64,000 bases of DNA from Felis catus. Lineage: Eukaryota. A model generated the notes under the pieces. That model made no database searches. It saw only the letters and a program-made list of their open reading frames with translations, and was not told the origin of the DNA. The stretch is from the NCBI RefSeq assembly GCF_018350175.1, contig NC_058369.1, positions 7,070,001 to 7,134,000 of the forward strand, read 5' to 3'. This document shows, in pieces, positions 1 through 12,408 of the stretch. The stretch's first letter is position 1, and the number at the start of each line of letters is the position of its first letter. The translations under genes were made by a program, and so were the position numbers.

Positions 1-1
1 C

Positions 2-538
2 ACAGTCATCATGAACCCGTGGCTCTGTGGCCTCCTGGTTCTTGTGTCCTTGTTCATCAGCTTGTCATACTCCCTGATCCAGAGTCTCTTAATGTTGCGG
101 CTGTCCTTCTGCACCAACTGGGTAATTCCACACTTTTACTGTGAACTTACTCAGGCCCTCATGCTTGCCTGCTCAGACACATTGGTCAATCACATCCTGC
201 AATACATTGTGACTGGCCTTCTTGGCATTGTTCCCTTCTCAGGGATCCTTTTCTCCTATAGCCGAATTGCCTCCTTAATCCTGAGAATCCCATCAGCTAA
301 TGGGAAGTATAAGACATTTTCCACCTGTGCATCTCACTTGTCTGTGGTTTCTTTGTTCTATGGGACAGGGCTTGGTGTGTATCTCAGTTCTGATGCATCT
401 TCCTGGAGGGGCATGATTGCCTCATTGATGTACACCATGGTCACCCCAATGCTGAATCCTTTCATCTACAGCCTGCGGAACAGGGACATCAAGAGGGCTT
501 TACAAAAAGTTCTCAGGATCACACTCTATGTTCAGTGA
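2..538 (+). CDS. Olfactory receptor, family 7 (class II), 3' part only (TM4 to C-terminus); 5' end lies outside the window
   Basis: Frame open from base 2 (TVIMNPWLC...). OR motifs PHFYCE, LACSDT, SYxxI, [13 protein letters not shown] and [12 protein letters not shown]; stop TGA at 536-538. More divergent than the OR7E array and 2 aa shorter in extracellular loop 3. Confidence 0.93.
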   Translation, partial: TVIMNPWLCGLLVLVSLFISLSYSLIQSLLMLRLSFCTNWVIPHFYCELTQALMLACSDTLVNHILQYIVTGLLGIVPFSGILFSYSRIASLILRIPSANGKYKTFSTCASHLSVVSLFYGTGLGVYLSSDASSWRGMIASLMYTMVTPMLNPFIYSLRNRDIKRALQKVLRITLYVQ

Positions 539-1359
539 TGGGAACACTAGTCCTGGGTTTTTGAGCTGACAGTGGTAGCAGCAGGTGGCTGCTAAAGAAA
601 TCCTACCTCCTAATCGCACTGAGTTGTCCTTCTCACCCGTCCTCCATAAGTAAGTGACGTTGCCCAGAGCTGCCTTGCGAGTACTTTTTCTAGGTACTTT
701 AACCTCTTATGTTGACTACTCTGTTATCCTCAGTTCTACCCTCTGCGTCCCCTCCTTCCACTTTCTTATTACTGCACCTCCCCTTGGATTTCCAGTCCTG
801 TGGCCACTTATGCTACTACCAGTTCAGAACAGTTGCATGAGGATTATGAAAAGTAGTGCATTTTATCAATAACCATTGTTAGTTCTTATTAACTAAGCGC
901 CTTTGGTGTGCTAGGCTGCAAGAGATGTCTGGAAAACAGCACTGAAGGAAAAAAAAAAACAGAAAAAAATATTTGCCCTAATAGAGCATAAATCCAGGAT
1001 CTCAGAGTTTCTGATCACATTATGTGTACAAACAGAATATTCACTGATGGATTAATTATTTGGCTGTTAGCAAGGTTGAACGTTTCTCCAAATGTTTATT
1101 GAGTGCACTTCCAAAATAAGCTATAAAAATATATCACTAAATGCATAAAAACTTCTGGGTCCAGAGTATGAGAATTGACCAGGCTCTGATACATCATTTG
1201 GTTTAGTTGCCTTGTTGTGCAGGTGAATTTACCCAGGGCCCAACACAGGAGCACACACAGTGATAAAATCCGTGTGAAAGGAAACATGTCTTTAAGTATG
1301 ATGTCAATTACTGGATTACAATTCAGGAGAGTAAGGACAGAATCACAGAATCACTGCTC

Positions 1360-1930
1360 TCTAGGTATGTGATTCTGGGCAGCTTCAGCTGAGGTAGAGT
1401 ATGTTAGGACCAGTGGATCTTCTGGTAAATGTTTGTTTTCATATCTTCTTCACCATAAAGCAATTGGATAATGTGTTAAGTCTTGGGATGGTGGTGTTTG
1501 CCAAGGCACTGCAACAGGAAAGGCAAACATAAACACAAAAATATCCGTCCTGATAAAGATGAGTTGCTGACCACTCCAGGATGGAAGGAGTCTGACAGAA
1601 TCTACTTTCCATCAAGTGGAGTCTTCAAGGGATAGCACCATTTTGAAAAACTATTTATGGATTTCCAAAAGGGGGACCCACCTCCCCCTTAATTTCTTTT
1701 AGGCTTTGTGTCTAAAAACAGATTTCATCTAGAAACTGGGAAAAGAATCAGGATATTCGATTGTGGTAGCCGACATCTGATAATTGCAGACTTGCTTTTT
1801 ATATTTTGGGTTATCTAAGTCAACTGATACTCTTGATGTCTGCTCATCTATGATCTGTTACCACCACCACAGGTCTCTGTGGCTCATGGATCCCAGTCAC
1901 CATTCTGGATTTGTTGCTCAATCACCCATG
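1360..1930 (-). mobile_element. Decayed ERVL-class internal (integrase) fragment
   Basis: Minus-strand translation around 1480-1620 gives VDSVRLLPSWSGQQLIFIRTD..FAFP, resembling the ERVL integrase core (VDYIGPLPSWKGQRFVLTGIDT..FAFP); boundaries approximate. Confidence 0.5.
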
Positions 1931-2079
1931 GTTAAGACTATTGCCATTTAAGTTTAGAACTCAAGATATTTGTGGATGTAGTTTAGAACTTCTGTCCAGG
2001 TATGGAGGTTAGCTAACTGAACCATATTAAAACACTCAAGAATTACAAGTTTGGAACAAGAGTAGAAATTTTGGATATT

Positions 2080-2512
2080 AATTGATTAAGACTGCCTTAA
2101 CATTCCCTGCAGCTTGACTAAAGTTAAAACATGTTTCTTCCTGACTGCAAGGGCCTGACCACCCCTTTGTCATCAATTTTACAACCCAGGATGTCTTCCT
2201 TAAAGACCTGGGAGCCATCCCTTTGAAATATAATCGTCAATAATGTTAGCACCTGTATCTCCCAACCTCTTTGCATAGGAGGGTAGGCACTTAAGTTCAA
2301 TAAGCAGCAATTAGCAAACACAGATAGACTAGCCACATCGACCAACCTCCCCCCAATATCTTCCACCCCTTTTCCATAAGCTCACCCCAGCTTTTCAAAT
2401 CCTCCTGTCTTTTGTTCTGTGGAGTTGAGTTCAATCTCTAGCCCTTACTGTAATAGTCTTGAATAAGGTCTTCTTTACCTGTTTGACTATGTCCAATGCA
2501 ATTTTACTTGGA
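2080..2512 (+). mobile_element. Solo ERV1 LTR, MER34-like
   Basis: 3' end 'gttgagttcaatctct...aatagtcttgaataaggtcttctttacctgtttgactatgtccaatgcaatttt' matches my recollection of the MER34-family terminus. Confidence 0.6.
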
Positions 2513-2847
2513 CACACAACAAACGACTTTCTCTAGAAAGTCTCTAGAAATTCCTAACAAATTTCTATCAAAGTACTCTTTTGATGAAATTGCCCAGTGT
2601 CTTGCCTGTTTAAGCAAATAATATTGCATCTCACAAAGGACTTCAGACTGGAAGAGGAGCAAAACCCACTTTCTTGATGCATCAGTTTCATTTGGAACAA
2701 AATATCTGAGGTAGCCTGGTACAAAGACTGTCCATGACACTCAAAACATGTGAACTCACTCAGAAGGTAATGGTAGTAAAAGATGAATAGAGACTAACCT
2801 GATGGAGAGAACATCAGGAGAATTTAGATGGGTGTAAGAGAAGGTAT

Positions 2848-2876
2848 CTTTTTTTTTTTAAGTTTATATTACTTAC

Positions 2877-2917
<41 letters not shown>

Positions 2918-3079
2918 AAGCATGGGAGGTGCAGAGAGAGAGGGAGAGAGAGAATCCCAAGCAGGCTCCTCACCATCAGCATGGAGCCTGATGTGGGGCT
3001 CCGACCCAAGAACTTTGAGGAAATGACTTAAGCCAATCAAGAGTTCTTCACTTAACTGACTGAGCCATCCAGGTACCCC
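2848..3079 (-). mobile_element. Can-SINE
   Basis: Reverse-complement tRNA-like head, (GA)n tract and T-rich tail. Confidence 0.9.
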
Positions 3080-3217
3080 AGAGAGAGAAAACATCTTTAA
3101 GTTTCAATATTTAAGTGGAAAATTGAGTAAGAAAGGGGAAGAAAATTTTAGGCAGAGAGAATTAAGTGTAATGGTCTAGAGACTGAAAGAATATAGTCTG
3201 TTTAAAGAAAAATAAGA

Positions 3218-3440
3218 GGGGTGCCTGGGTGGCTTAGTCAGTTGAGGGCCCAGCTTTGACTCTGGTCATAATCTCACGGTTTGTGTCTCTATGCCCTGTG
3301 CTGGACTCTGTGCTGATGGTTCAAAGCCTGCTTCGGATTCTGTGTCTCCCTCTCTCTCTGCTCCTCCCCTGCTCCTGCTCTGTCTTCTATGTTTCAAAAA
3401 TAAATAAACATTAAATCAATTTTTTAATTAAAAAATAAAT
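3218..3440 (+). mobile_element. Can-SINE
   Basis: ggggtgcctgggtggcttagtcagtt head, CT tract, aaaataaataaa tail. Confidence 0.9.
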
Positions 3441-3460
3441 ATAAGATATCCAATATGTCT

Positions 3461-4094
3461 GGGAATGCAAGCTGGTGCAGCCACTCTGGAAAACAGTCTG
3501 GAGGTTCCTCAAAAAATTAAAAATAGAACTACCCTATGACCCAGAAATTGCACTACTAGGCATTTATCCAAGGCATACAAGTGTGCTGTTTTGAAGGGAC
3601 ACATGCACCCTGATGTTTACAGCAGCACTATCAACAATAGCCAAAGTATGGAAAGAGCCCAAATGCCCATCGATGGATGAATGGATAGAGAAGAAGTGGT
3701 ATATATATATACAATGGAGTATTACTTGGCAATCAAAAAGAATGAAATCTTGCCATTTGCAACTACGTGGATGGAACTGGAGGGTATTATGCTAAGTGAA
3801 ATTAGTCACTCAGAGAAAGACAAATATCATATGACTTCACTCCTATGAGGACTTTAAGAGACAAAACAGGTGAACATAAGGGAAGGGAAACAAAAATACT
3901 ATAAAAAAGGAGAGGGGGATAAAACATAAAAGACTCATAAATATGGAGAACAAACAGAGGGTTACTGGAGGAAGTATGGGAGAGGGTGTGGGCTAAATGG
4001 GCCAGGGGCACTAAGGAATCTACTCCTGTAATGACTGTTGCACTATATGCTAACTAATCTGGATGTAAATTTAAAAAAATAAAATTAAAAAAAA
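3461..4094 (+). mobile_element. 5'-truncated carnivore L1 (ORF2 C-terminus and 3'UTR) with 18-bp TSD
   Basis: ORF2-end peptide [26 protein letters not shown]-rich tail, TSD aagatatccaatatgtct at 3443-3460 and 4095-4112. Confidence 0.93.
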
Positions 4095-4115
4095 AAGATA
4101 TCCAATATGTCTAGG

Positions 4116-4283
4116 CAAATGGTTCTCACACTCAGTGTGCAATAGAATCACCTGGTGGGCTTGTTAAAATACAGATGGCTGGGTTCCAGCTGTAGAGGTT
4201 CTGATTTAGCAGGTCTGGAGAGGGTATGAAAGTTGGCATTTGTAGTTTCCCAGGTGAAGCTGGTGGTGCTGGTCCAGGGACCA
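4116..4283. mobile_element. MER5A-like hAT DNA transposon relic
   Basis: 'tggttctcacact...agaatcacctggtgggcttgttaaaatacaga...ttctgatttagcaggtctgg...gctggtccagggacca' is typical of MER5A. Confidence 0.7.
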
Positions 4284-5383
4284 GTAAAGGACTTGGAAAG
4301 GGATAGGAGAGACTAACTGAAGGGTGTTATAGACCATGGCAAGGGGTTCGAATTGTACTCAAAGAGTAACAGAAAGTGACTAGAAGGTTTTAAGCAGAGA
4401 AGTCACAAGTTTTGACTACACCTAAAAAATCAATCTGGCTGCCATGTCCACAGGGAGAAAGTGACTATTGCACACCCAATTAGGGCACTCTTGTAAGAGC
4501 AATAATACAATTTGACCATGAATTGTTTTGGAAGAATGGGAAAAGCAAATCATATCACTAAAACAGTGCTATACAGATCATTTAATTGCTTTGATATGAA
4601 GACAAATAAAACAAAGACCTAAAATGACAAAATTTGGGGGGGTCTGAGTGACTTGAAAGGGAGGAGTAGGTCTCTCACTTGAAAATCTGAACAGCTATAT
4701 TGTATGTGCTAGATGCTAGATGCTAGTGAATTTTGGCAGTGGAAACAAGAAGAGACTTAGTAGTATGTCTGCCAACATGCATTTAAAGCAACTTCCACTA
4801 ATGGACCAGTGTTGGAATGTTTCTTAATTCTTCAGAAAACTCCTCTTCCGAGAAGGGCAGGAATAGCCTCAGTGTTGAACACTGAGGTCATCCCCACGAG
4901 CAATGCTTTCAAAATCCAATGAACAGAGGAATCTGTGAGGCCATGGTAAAAATTGTCACAAAATAAGGGGTTGGGTAGGGGGGAAGTGTTTACGGTTTGG
5001 ACAACTGACTCCAGAAATTTGAGGATTACAATAGCAGCAGCAGCAGCCAAAATTGTCATTTTTAATGCATATTTTATTTACACCAAGGGTTTAATGTTTT
5101 AAAATAAACTTTTTAAAAGTGTAACACACATAGGGATATGTATGTTACCTTATTATCTCAAACTCTACACTCCTTTTCTATCAAATATCTCTGCGTTTGG
5201 GTTTCCAGAGTCATTAAAAATTTCAATGGGGACCTCCCTGCTGCCCCTAGGGAGCACTGAATGAATGAATGCCCCCATTCTTCATCTCTTGCCCTTGAAT
5301 TTTCCTTTTCATGAGCCCAGCGTTAGGTTTGTAATTCAAAGAATATTTCAACTACTTCAGAACTGCCTTTAAAATTTTTTCAA

Positions 5384-5600
5384 GGAGCACCTGGGTGGCT
5401 CAGTCGGTTAAGCAACCAACTCTTGATCTCGGCTCAGGTCATGATCTCACAGTTTGTGAGTTCATGTGAGCCCAGTGTCGAGCTCTATCTTGGGCTCCCA
5501 GCTGACCATGCAGAGCCCACTTGGGATTTCTCCCTCCCCCTCTCTCTCTGCACCTTCCCCCTCTCAAAATAAGTAAATAAACTTGAAAAAAATAAAATAA
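5384..5600 (+). mobile_element. Can-SINE
   Basis: gcacctgggtggctcagtcggttaagc head, CT tract, A-rich tail. Confidence 0.9.
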
Positions 5601-5737
5601 AGTGTTCTCAAATACATTTTATTAGTAACCAGGGGTCCCATATTGAGTTCCTTCTGAAGCCGACTCTGAGACAATGATTAGCACACAGGATGTTTACTAA
5701 GCAATGTTCCTAGAATCAACATCTGTGGAAGGGCATT

Positions 5738-6490
5738 TGTGTAGTAAAGAATTTGGCCTCACCTAAAGAGAGATGGCCTTTGTCCCAGCTCCTGGGAGGT
5801 AACCTTTAAATGCTTGAAAATTCCCTAGTGATAGAAGTGATTGGTTATTCGTGAAAGACCTCAGGTTATTCATGAAGGACCACACCTGATAGTTTATGCT
5901 AATGAAATGACTTAGGATGGGAACTGGCCTTGCCAAAAAGACCAGCCATGTGATTAAAGGGTTGGAGTGTTGGGCAAAGGGATATCAGGCCAATATAAGG
6001 AGGGAGGTTGGAAATTGGGTTCAACCTCATAGGCCATAATTCAACTACTCATGTCTATATAATGAAGCCTCAATAAAAATTCTGGACAATGGAGCTCAGG
6101 TGAGCTACCTGATTGGAAATGGTCTTTGAGTATTGTCACACATATTGTCACCAGGAGGAGGTAATGGGTCTGGACTCCAAGGGAAGAGAACAACAAGAAG
6201 CTTCGCATATGGGAACCTCCATATGCCCTTCTTTGGCTAACTCTAACTTGTGTCTCTTTCCTATAAGCAAACTGCAATCATAAGCACACTGCTTCTTGAG
6301 CTCTGTGAGTCATTCTGGTGCATCTGAGGCAGTCCTCTCGGTTTGAATCATTCTAGCAAAGTATCGAATGTGAAAACGTTCCCAAATTTGTATCCAACTG
6401 GTCTGATGTGAGAGTGGACCTAGGGGCTCCTGGACTTGCATCTGGTGTCAGAGGTGAGGACAATCTTGTGGTTTGGCAAATTCTTTGCAG
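5738..6490 (+). mobile_element. MER21-like LTR, apparently nested in an older LTR16-like element (about 5635-5737 and 6490-6770)
   Basis: 'tgtgtagtaaagaatttggcct...ccacacctgatagtttatgctaatga...aagaccagccatgtgattaaagggttgg' is MER21-type; the flanks read as one interrupted ERVL LTR. Confidence 0.6.
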
Positions 6491-6776
6491 CAAGGAAGGA
6501 AACTGGAAAAAGTCGAGCCAAGATGAAGCCCATCAAAGATCTCCAACAACCAGCAGGAAGTTCTGGAGTTAAGATGATCTCTTAGAGTTGCCTGGAATTA
6601 GGGCAAAGGGACCAAATGTTTGCACCCCCACACCTAATCAGTCAGTCATCGGATGTGGGCTGCCCCAAGAAGGAGGCATGAGCTTGCTGAAGTAGGTCCC
6701 TACAGAGGTTGATTGCTGAGGGCTGAGTAACACCCAACATTTGAAGCAACATGTCCCTTATTCCTGACACAAGATC

Positions 6777-7064
6777 TTTTTTTTAATTGTGGTAAAAGAA
6801 CATAAAATTTACCATCTTAAGCAGTTTTCAGTACAGTGGCATGAAGTACATTCACACTGTTGTGCAGTCATCACCACCATCCAACTCTAGAACTTTGCTA
6901 TCTTCCCAAACTGAAATTCTGAACCTACTAAACACTACCTCCCTGTCTCTCGCTCCTCCAGACCCCAGCTCCCACCATTCTACTTTCTGTCTCTATGGAT
7001 TCAACTACTTTATGCACCTTATATAAATGGAAGTATACAATATTTGTCCCTTTGAGTCAGGTTA
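6777..7064 (-). mobile_element. Old L1M (L1MB-like) 3' end fragment
   Basis: 'aaaatttaccatcttaa...tacattcacactgttgtgca..catcaccaccatcca' signature of an old L1 3'UTR in reverse. Confidence 0.75.
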
Positions 7065-7749
7065 TGTAATATGACTGGGGAGAAGTTAGATGAAATGGGA
7101 AGGAGAATTATCAGGAAAATTGGGAATCACCTCTGTTCTGGTAGTTCCTCTCCCATCTATTCCTTGGGAACCATACATCCCAATGTTCCTAGAGAAGTCC
7201 CAGGAAACTTGATAACTGTTGACTCAAACTCAATATTAATAGCGTCCCATTTCAATTTCAAAAAGAAATTAGTCATCCTACTCGCTCAAAAACCTGACCA
7301 AGAGCATTAAGGTGCCAAAATGTATCAGACGTCTTGGTCCTTAAGGTAGGGTTTAGAACCTCCCATCAAATTGGTGGGTGGATGGGGTGGGTGGGAGGAA
7401 TCTCAGGAAAAGTATAGAAACAATAAATAACAAGACAGAGTTATGATTATTTTGCATTGATAGAAACAAGACTGCTCATGACCAAGAGTCCTGGGTAATG
7501 CAAAAGGAAAGTGAGAGGGATATATGGATATATACATAATCCTGCAGAGGTTATCATTTAAATGGGGAGCCCAAAATAATCTCCCAGTTCCATTAGAGCT
7601 ATGCGAAGAGGAAAAATTGTGTAAGCAAAAACCAGAGATCCATACAGGTACCTATACCATGTGACTGCACATCCAGAATGTCTTGTGCATGTTTGATTTG
7701 CTGCATTTTGCAGTGCAATGAACCGAAAAGGATAAGACACATGCTGAGA

Positions 7750-8679
7750 TTAGTCTGTCCTGCTGATAATCCCCCACAGTGCTCTCTTGATATCCTTGTT
7801 TCTCAGGCTGTAGATGAAGGGGTTCAGCATTGGGGTGACCACAGTGTACATCACCGAGGCCACTGCACCCTTCCTAGGGTAGGGGGAGACAGATGAACTG
7901 AGGTATACCCCAAGACCTGTTCCGTAAAACAAGCAAACAACTGATAGGTGAGAGCCACAGGTAGAAAAAGCTTTGTACTTCCCGCCTGTTGATGGGACTC
8001 TCAGAATGGAGGAAACAATTCGAGTATAAGAGCAAAGGATCCCTGAGAGTGGAATGCCACCAAAAATGGCCCCCATGAAATATATTAGTATGGTATTGAT
8101 GGAGGTATCAGAACAGGCAAGGTGGAGAAGTTGAGGTGCATCACAAAAGAAATGATGAATTTCCACACTTGTGCAGAAGGTAAGTTGTGACACCATCAAA
8201 CAGTGAATCTGAGAGTCCAAAAGGCTGCTGAAAAATGACACGAGGACCAAAAAGCCACAGAGGCATGGGTTCATGATGACTGGGTAGTGCAGGGGGTGAC
8301 AAATGGCCACAAACCGGTCATATGCCATCACAGCCAGGAGTAGATTGTCCAAACATCCAAATAGGAAAAAAAAGGACACCTGAGTTAGGCAGTCTGCATA
8401 GGTGATAGATCTACTGTGTGTTTGAATGTTCAACAGCATCTTGGGGATCGTAGTGGTACTGAAACCAATGTCAGCCAAGGACAGGTTGGAAAGGAAGAAG
8501 TACATGGGTGTGTAGAGGTGGGGGTCAGAGCTGACAGCCAGGATGATGAGCAGGTTCCCCAGCACAGTGACCAGGTACATGGACAGGAACAGCCCAAAGA
8601 GAAGGGGCTGTAGTTCCAGGTCATCTGAGAGTCCCATGAGGAAGAATTCTGAGACACCAGTTAGATTCTGTGGTTCCAT
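7750..8679 (-). CDS. OR7E-like olfactory receptor, paralog A (309 aa; CDS wholly in the main exon, starts MEPQNLT)
   Basis: Full 7TM OR motif set ([49 protein letters not shown]) and N-glycosylation site NLT. ATG at 8679 lies 13 nt inside the predicted acceptor (exon start 8692). Resembles human OR7E24 as I recall it; orthology not assignable. Confidence 0.92.
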   Translation of the reverse strand: MEPQNLTGVSEFFLMGLSDDLELQPLLFGLFLSMYLVTVLGNLLIILAVSSDPHLYTPMYFFLSNLSLADIGFSTTTIPKMLLNIQTHSRSITYADCLTQVSFFFLFGCLDNLLLAVMAYDRFVAICHPLHYPVIMNPCLCGFLVLVSFFSSLLDSQIHCLMVSQLTFCTSVEIHHFFCDAPQLLHLACSDTSINTILIYFMGAIFGGIPLSGILCSYTRIVSSILRVPSTGGKYKAFSTCGSHLSVVCLFYGTGLGVYLSSSVSPYPRKGAVASVMYTVVTPMLNPFIYSLRNKDIKRALWGIISRTD

Positions 8680-8971
8680 GAAGATGGGACACCTCTTGAA
8701 AAAGAAGAGAGTGCTGAATAAACAAAACAAGTGTAGAGACATCCAGCTAAGTGTGAATATTTTGATTCAAGCAATTCATAAGTAAAGCATTCACACTTGA
8801 GGATCCTACCTCCTGTTACCTTCAGCAACATTTCTCAATTGTAAACTCTTCTTAGAACTCTTTCCTGATTGGTGTCTTGGCAATTTACCTGTTTCTACAT
8901 ATACCCATCATGAAGACATTGAGCCAAAGAATGTTAGACAAGCATCTAAATATATAAACATAGAAATATTT

Positions 8972-9181
8972 AGGGGCGCCTGGGTGGCTCAGTTGGTTAA
9001 GCATCTGACTCATGAGTTCAGCTCAGGTAATGATCTCATGGTCTGTGGGTTCAAGCCCCTCATCAGGCTCTGTACTGACAGCATAGAGCCTGCTTGGGCT
9101 TCTCTCTCTCCCTCTCACTCTGCCCCTCCCTTGCTTGTACTTTCTTTCTCTCTCTCAAAACAAATAAATAAACTTTAAAAA
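8972..9181 (+). mobile_element. Can-SINE
   Basis: ggggcgcctgggtggctcagttggttaag head; flanking repeat agaaatattta. Confidence 0.9.
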
Positions 9182-9397
9182 GAGAAATATTTAGTTACAC
9201 TTGCTTTGGAACTCATATTTGTGGCCAGGAAAAGTTGAGTTTTCTTGCTCTCCCTGCATGATCCCATTGCCCTCTTCACTTCAGCTGCCCAAAGGCAAAC
9301 ACTGTCACGATTGTGGCAGTATATTTTCCTTTCAGTGTTTCCATAATATTAGCACTGATGTATTCATGAACAGTTTTCTTAAAAACTTACTTAATAC

Positions 9398-9600
9398 TGG
9401 GGCGCCTGGGTGGCTCAGTCGATCAAGTGTCTGACTTCGGCTCAGGTCATGATCTCATGGTTTGTGAGTTCGAGGCCTGCGTCAGGCTCTGTGCGGACAG
9501 CTCAGAGCCCGGAGCCTGCTTCAGATTTTGTGTCTCCCTCTCTCTCTACCCCTCCCCGCCCTGTGCTCTATCTCTCTCTCTCAAAGCTTAAAAGAAACCT
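9398..9600 (+). mobile_element. Can-SINE (SINEC_Fc-like)
   Basis: Canonical head and CT tract; flanking repeat cttacttaatact. Confidence 0.9.
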
Positions 9601-11431
9601 TACTTAATACTATAATAATGCTCACATTGCTTTCTTCATTCTCACCACAATAATGTGTTTTAAGTGTCTCTGTGAAGTACACACATCTATTTCAAGCACT
9701 TCAAATGATGCTTAGGATTACCTGATGGATGACTTTATTTTATTTTTCTATTTCTTATTATAATATTCCTAATAAAATTCTTCTGCACACTTCCATATTA
9801 TACAAGAATTTCTATACCATATAAGCAGAAAGGTGAAGAATTGTAAAAATCAATACATGTACAACTGTACTATTAATTATCTATATTTATTTTCCTAATA
9901 GAAAAGGTAGACAAAAGCAACTTCATGCTTTTATTGTCAAAGTATAGAATTGGAAAGATGCCTGAAGTCTGTGTTGCCATGCTCTTTCATAGTAGATCCA
10001 CATAGTAGATCCACATGAAAATTCTATTTTTGTCTAGGGAATAATATTTCCAAATCACAGATCTCCAAAACAGGCTGCCAAATGCATTACTCCTCATAAA
10101 AAAAATCCTATGATCTATAATATTCATACAGTAAAGGTCCCCGTAAACCATTTGGCCCATTTCCCTGATTCACAGACAAAGTCACAAAATCTCAAGAGAA
10201 GGAATTGGTCGTCCTCTTTCTGTTTTCTCATCTGGGACAAAAGCATGTATGAAATTGAAGAAATCATTCCACACTGGTGGAGTGCACAGAGTCTTGGGAT
10301 GGGAATCAGGACTTTGAGTCTCACATCTGTCACATACTAAATCTGGAGTATTTGCAAGCTCTCAACCTCTCCGTGCTGGTATCCCTCTAGGTATTACCTA
10401 GAAATGGGGACAACAGTACCCATGTGGCACCTAACAGAGGTTTGTACTGGAAGGAAGAGAAGCATGCACAGAGAGCATTGAAGCCATATTGCCTATGCTC
10501 TGTTTCTGAGAACCAATGTAGGGTCTATTCAATATTGAACAGAGATCACTGTTGTCCTTGTCACCTACTCTGTGCCAAGCAAAGTATAGACTCTGGGAAA
10601 TCAGAAATGAATGTGATTCAGTTGTTTCCCTCCAAACACTCAGTATCTACCTGCATAAGAACAACAACAACAACAAAAAAATGTTCTCTCAGGATCTCAA
10701 GAAACTCAAAACTTCCAATCACAGGATATTTAGTTGGATAGATGGTGCTTAGCCTTGAGAATGATAGTAAAAACAATATTAAGAATACCTAAAATTTACC
10801 TTGCCCTTACTATATGCATTCATCACATATTTAGTCACATGTACAGTGCTCATGTTAATTCTTACTCAGTGCAGTTGTATAAACCAGGTCAAACATATTA
10901 AGAGCTTGCCCAGTCCCATACAGATAAAAAAGTAGAGCAGATAAGATTCAAAATTCAATGGTGGGTCCCTGTTTCCCTGAACTTCAGAGCATTTAAGAAG
11001 TCCAGAGGTCTTTTCCAAAATCACTAAGATATACCTTTGAACTGTTTCTTTCTGTTTTGTTGTTGTTGTTGTTGTTGTTGTTTGTTTGTTTGTTTTTTGG
11101 AGAGAGAGAGAAGCATGCAGGGGAGAGGGACAGAAAAAGGGACAGAGAGAATCCAAAGCAGGCTGCATGCCCAGTGTTGAGCCCAATGTGGGGCTCAATC
11201 CCACTATTCTGGGATCATGACCTGAGCGAAAATCAAGAATCAGATGCTCAACCGACTTAGCCACTCAGGCACGCCTGAACTCTTTCTTTCCTAAGAATGG
11301 GATCTAACATACTGACTCTATCCCCTTAGAGATCAAGAGGGCCTAAATTACAAAAATGGAGGAGAAAGTGGAGTGTGAAGCAAAATCCAGGAGAAGGGGC
11401 AAGAGAGAGCTTCTCTGAACTGTCATGAGTT

Positions 11432-11643
11432 CTTTTTTTTTTTTAATGTTTATGTATTTTTCAGAGCGGAAGACAGAGTGCGAGTGGGGAAAAAATATAG
11501 AGACGGAGACACAGAATTCGAAGCAGGCTCTAGGCTCTGAGCTGTTAGCCCAGAGCCCAATGCGGGGCTCAAACTCATGAGTCCTGAGATCATGACCTGA
11601 GCCAGAGTCTGGCGCTTCGCTGACCGAGACATCCAGGTGCCCC
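11432..11643 (-). mobile_element. Can-SINE
   Basis: Reverse-complement head, poly-T tail, flanking repeat catgag. Confidence 0.88.
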
Positions 11644-11914
11644 ATGAGCAGACTGTTTATATGATCTCTACCTTCATCTCAACTATCTTTTCTATAGTTG
11701 ACGCAGCTGGTGGCACCACTGCTCTCTGGTGTCTTCTACCATGAACCCCCAAAGGAAAGAGCACAGAGAGCAGGAGTCTCTTCCTGGAGTAACGGGAAAA
11801 AGACAGGCAGGTTGGATAAGCAGGAGTGAATACAGTCTAGGTGCCCTGTGAACAGAGTCTCACTGTCTGCATCTAAACCTGACTTCATCCCTATCTATTC
11901 CAGGACCTGGTAAA

Positions 11915-12374
11915 ACTTAAAAACTTTATGCATAGCAAAGAAACAATCTTTCCAAAGAAGACATACAGACATGTGAGAAGATGCTCAACATCACTCATCA
12001 TCAGGGAAATACAAATCAAAACCACCATGAGATACCATTCAACACCTGTCAGAATGGCTAAAACTAGCAACACAGGAAACACCAGGTGTTGGAAAGGATG
12101 TGGAGAAAGGGGAACACTCTTCACTGCTGGTGTAGCCATTCTGGAAAATACTATGGAGGTTCCTCAAAAAATTAAATATAGAACTACCCTATGATCCAGC
12201 AACTGCATTACTAGATATTTACCCAAAGAATATAAAAATACTAATTCAGAGAGATACATGCACTCTGATAGCTATGGCATTATTATCTACAATAATAGTT
12301 ATAGAAACAGCCCAAGTGTCCATCAATTGATGAATGGATAAAAAAGTCGTGAGATATCTATATCTATATCTATC

Positions 12375-12408
<34 letters not shown>

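Noticed and set aside
8680..8742. N-terminal extension [17 protein letters not shown] of the 330-aa ORF (likewise [17 protein letters not shown] at 40499-40548)
   Set aside because: The Phe/Leu-rich stretch is the translated polypyrimidine tract of the acceptor. The homologous frame has a stop in C and no ATG in B. Use in intron-retaining transcripts cannot be fully excluded.
8416..8785. Recurrent plus-strand ORFs (MMSRFPST...) opposite each OR, also at 17264, 40340 and 56553
   Set aside because: Antisense shadows of the conserved OR TM1-TM2 codons; no independent gene evidence.
9410..9607. Family of about 60-aa ORFs 'MAQSVK..TSAQVMIS...' throughout the window
   Set aside because: Translations of Can-SINEs, mostly from GTG starts; not a protein family.
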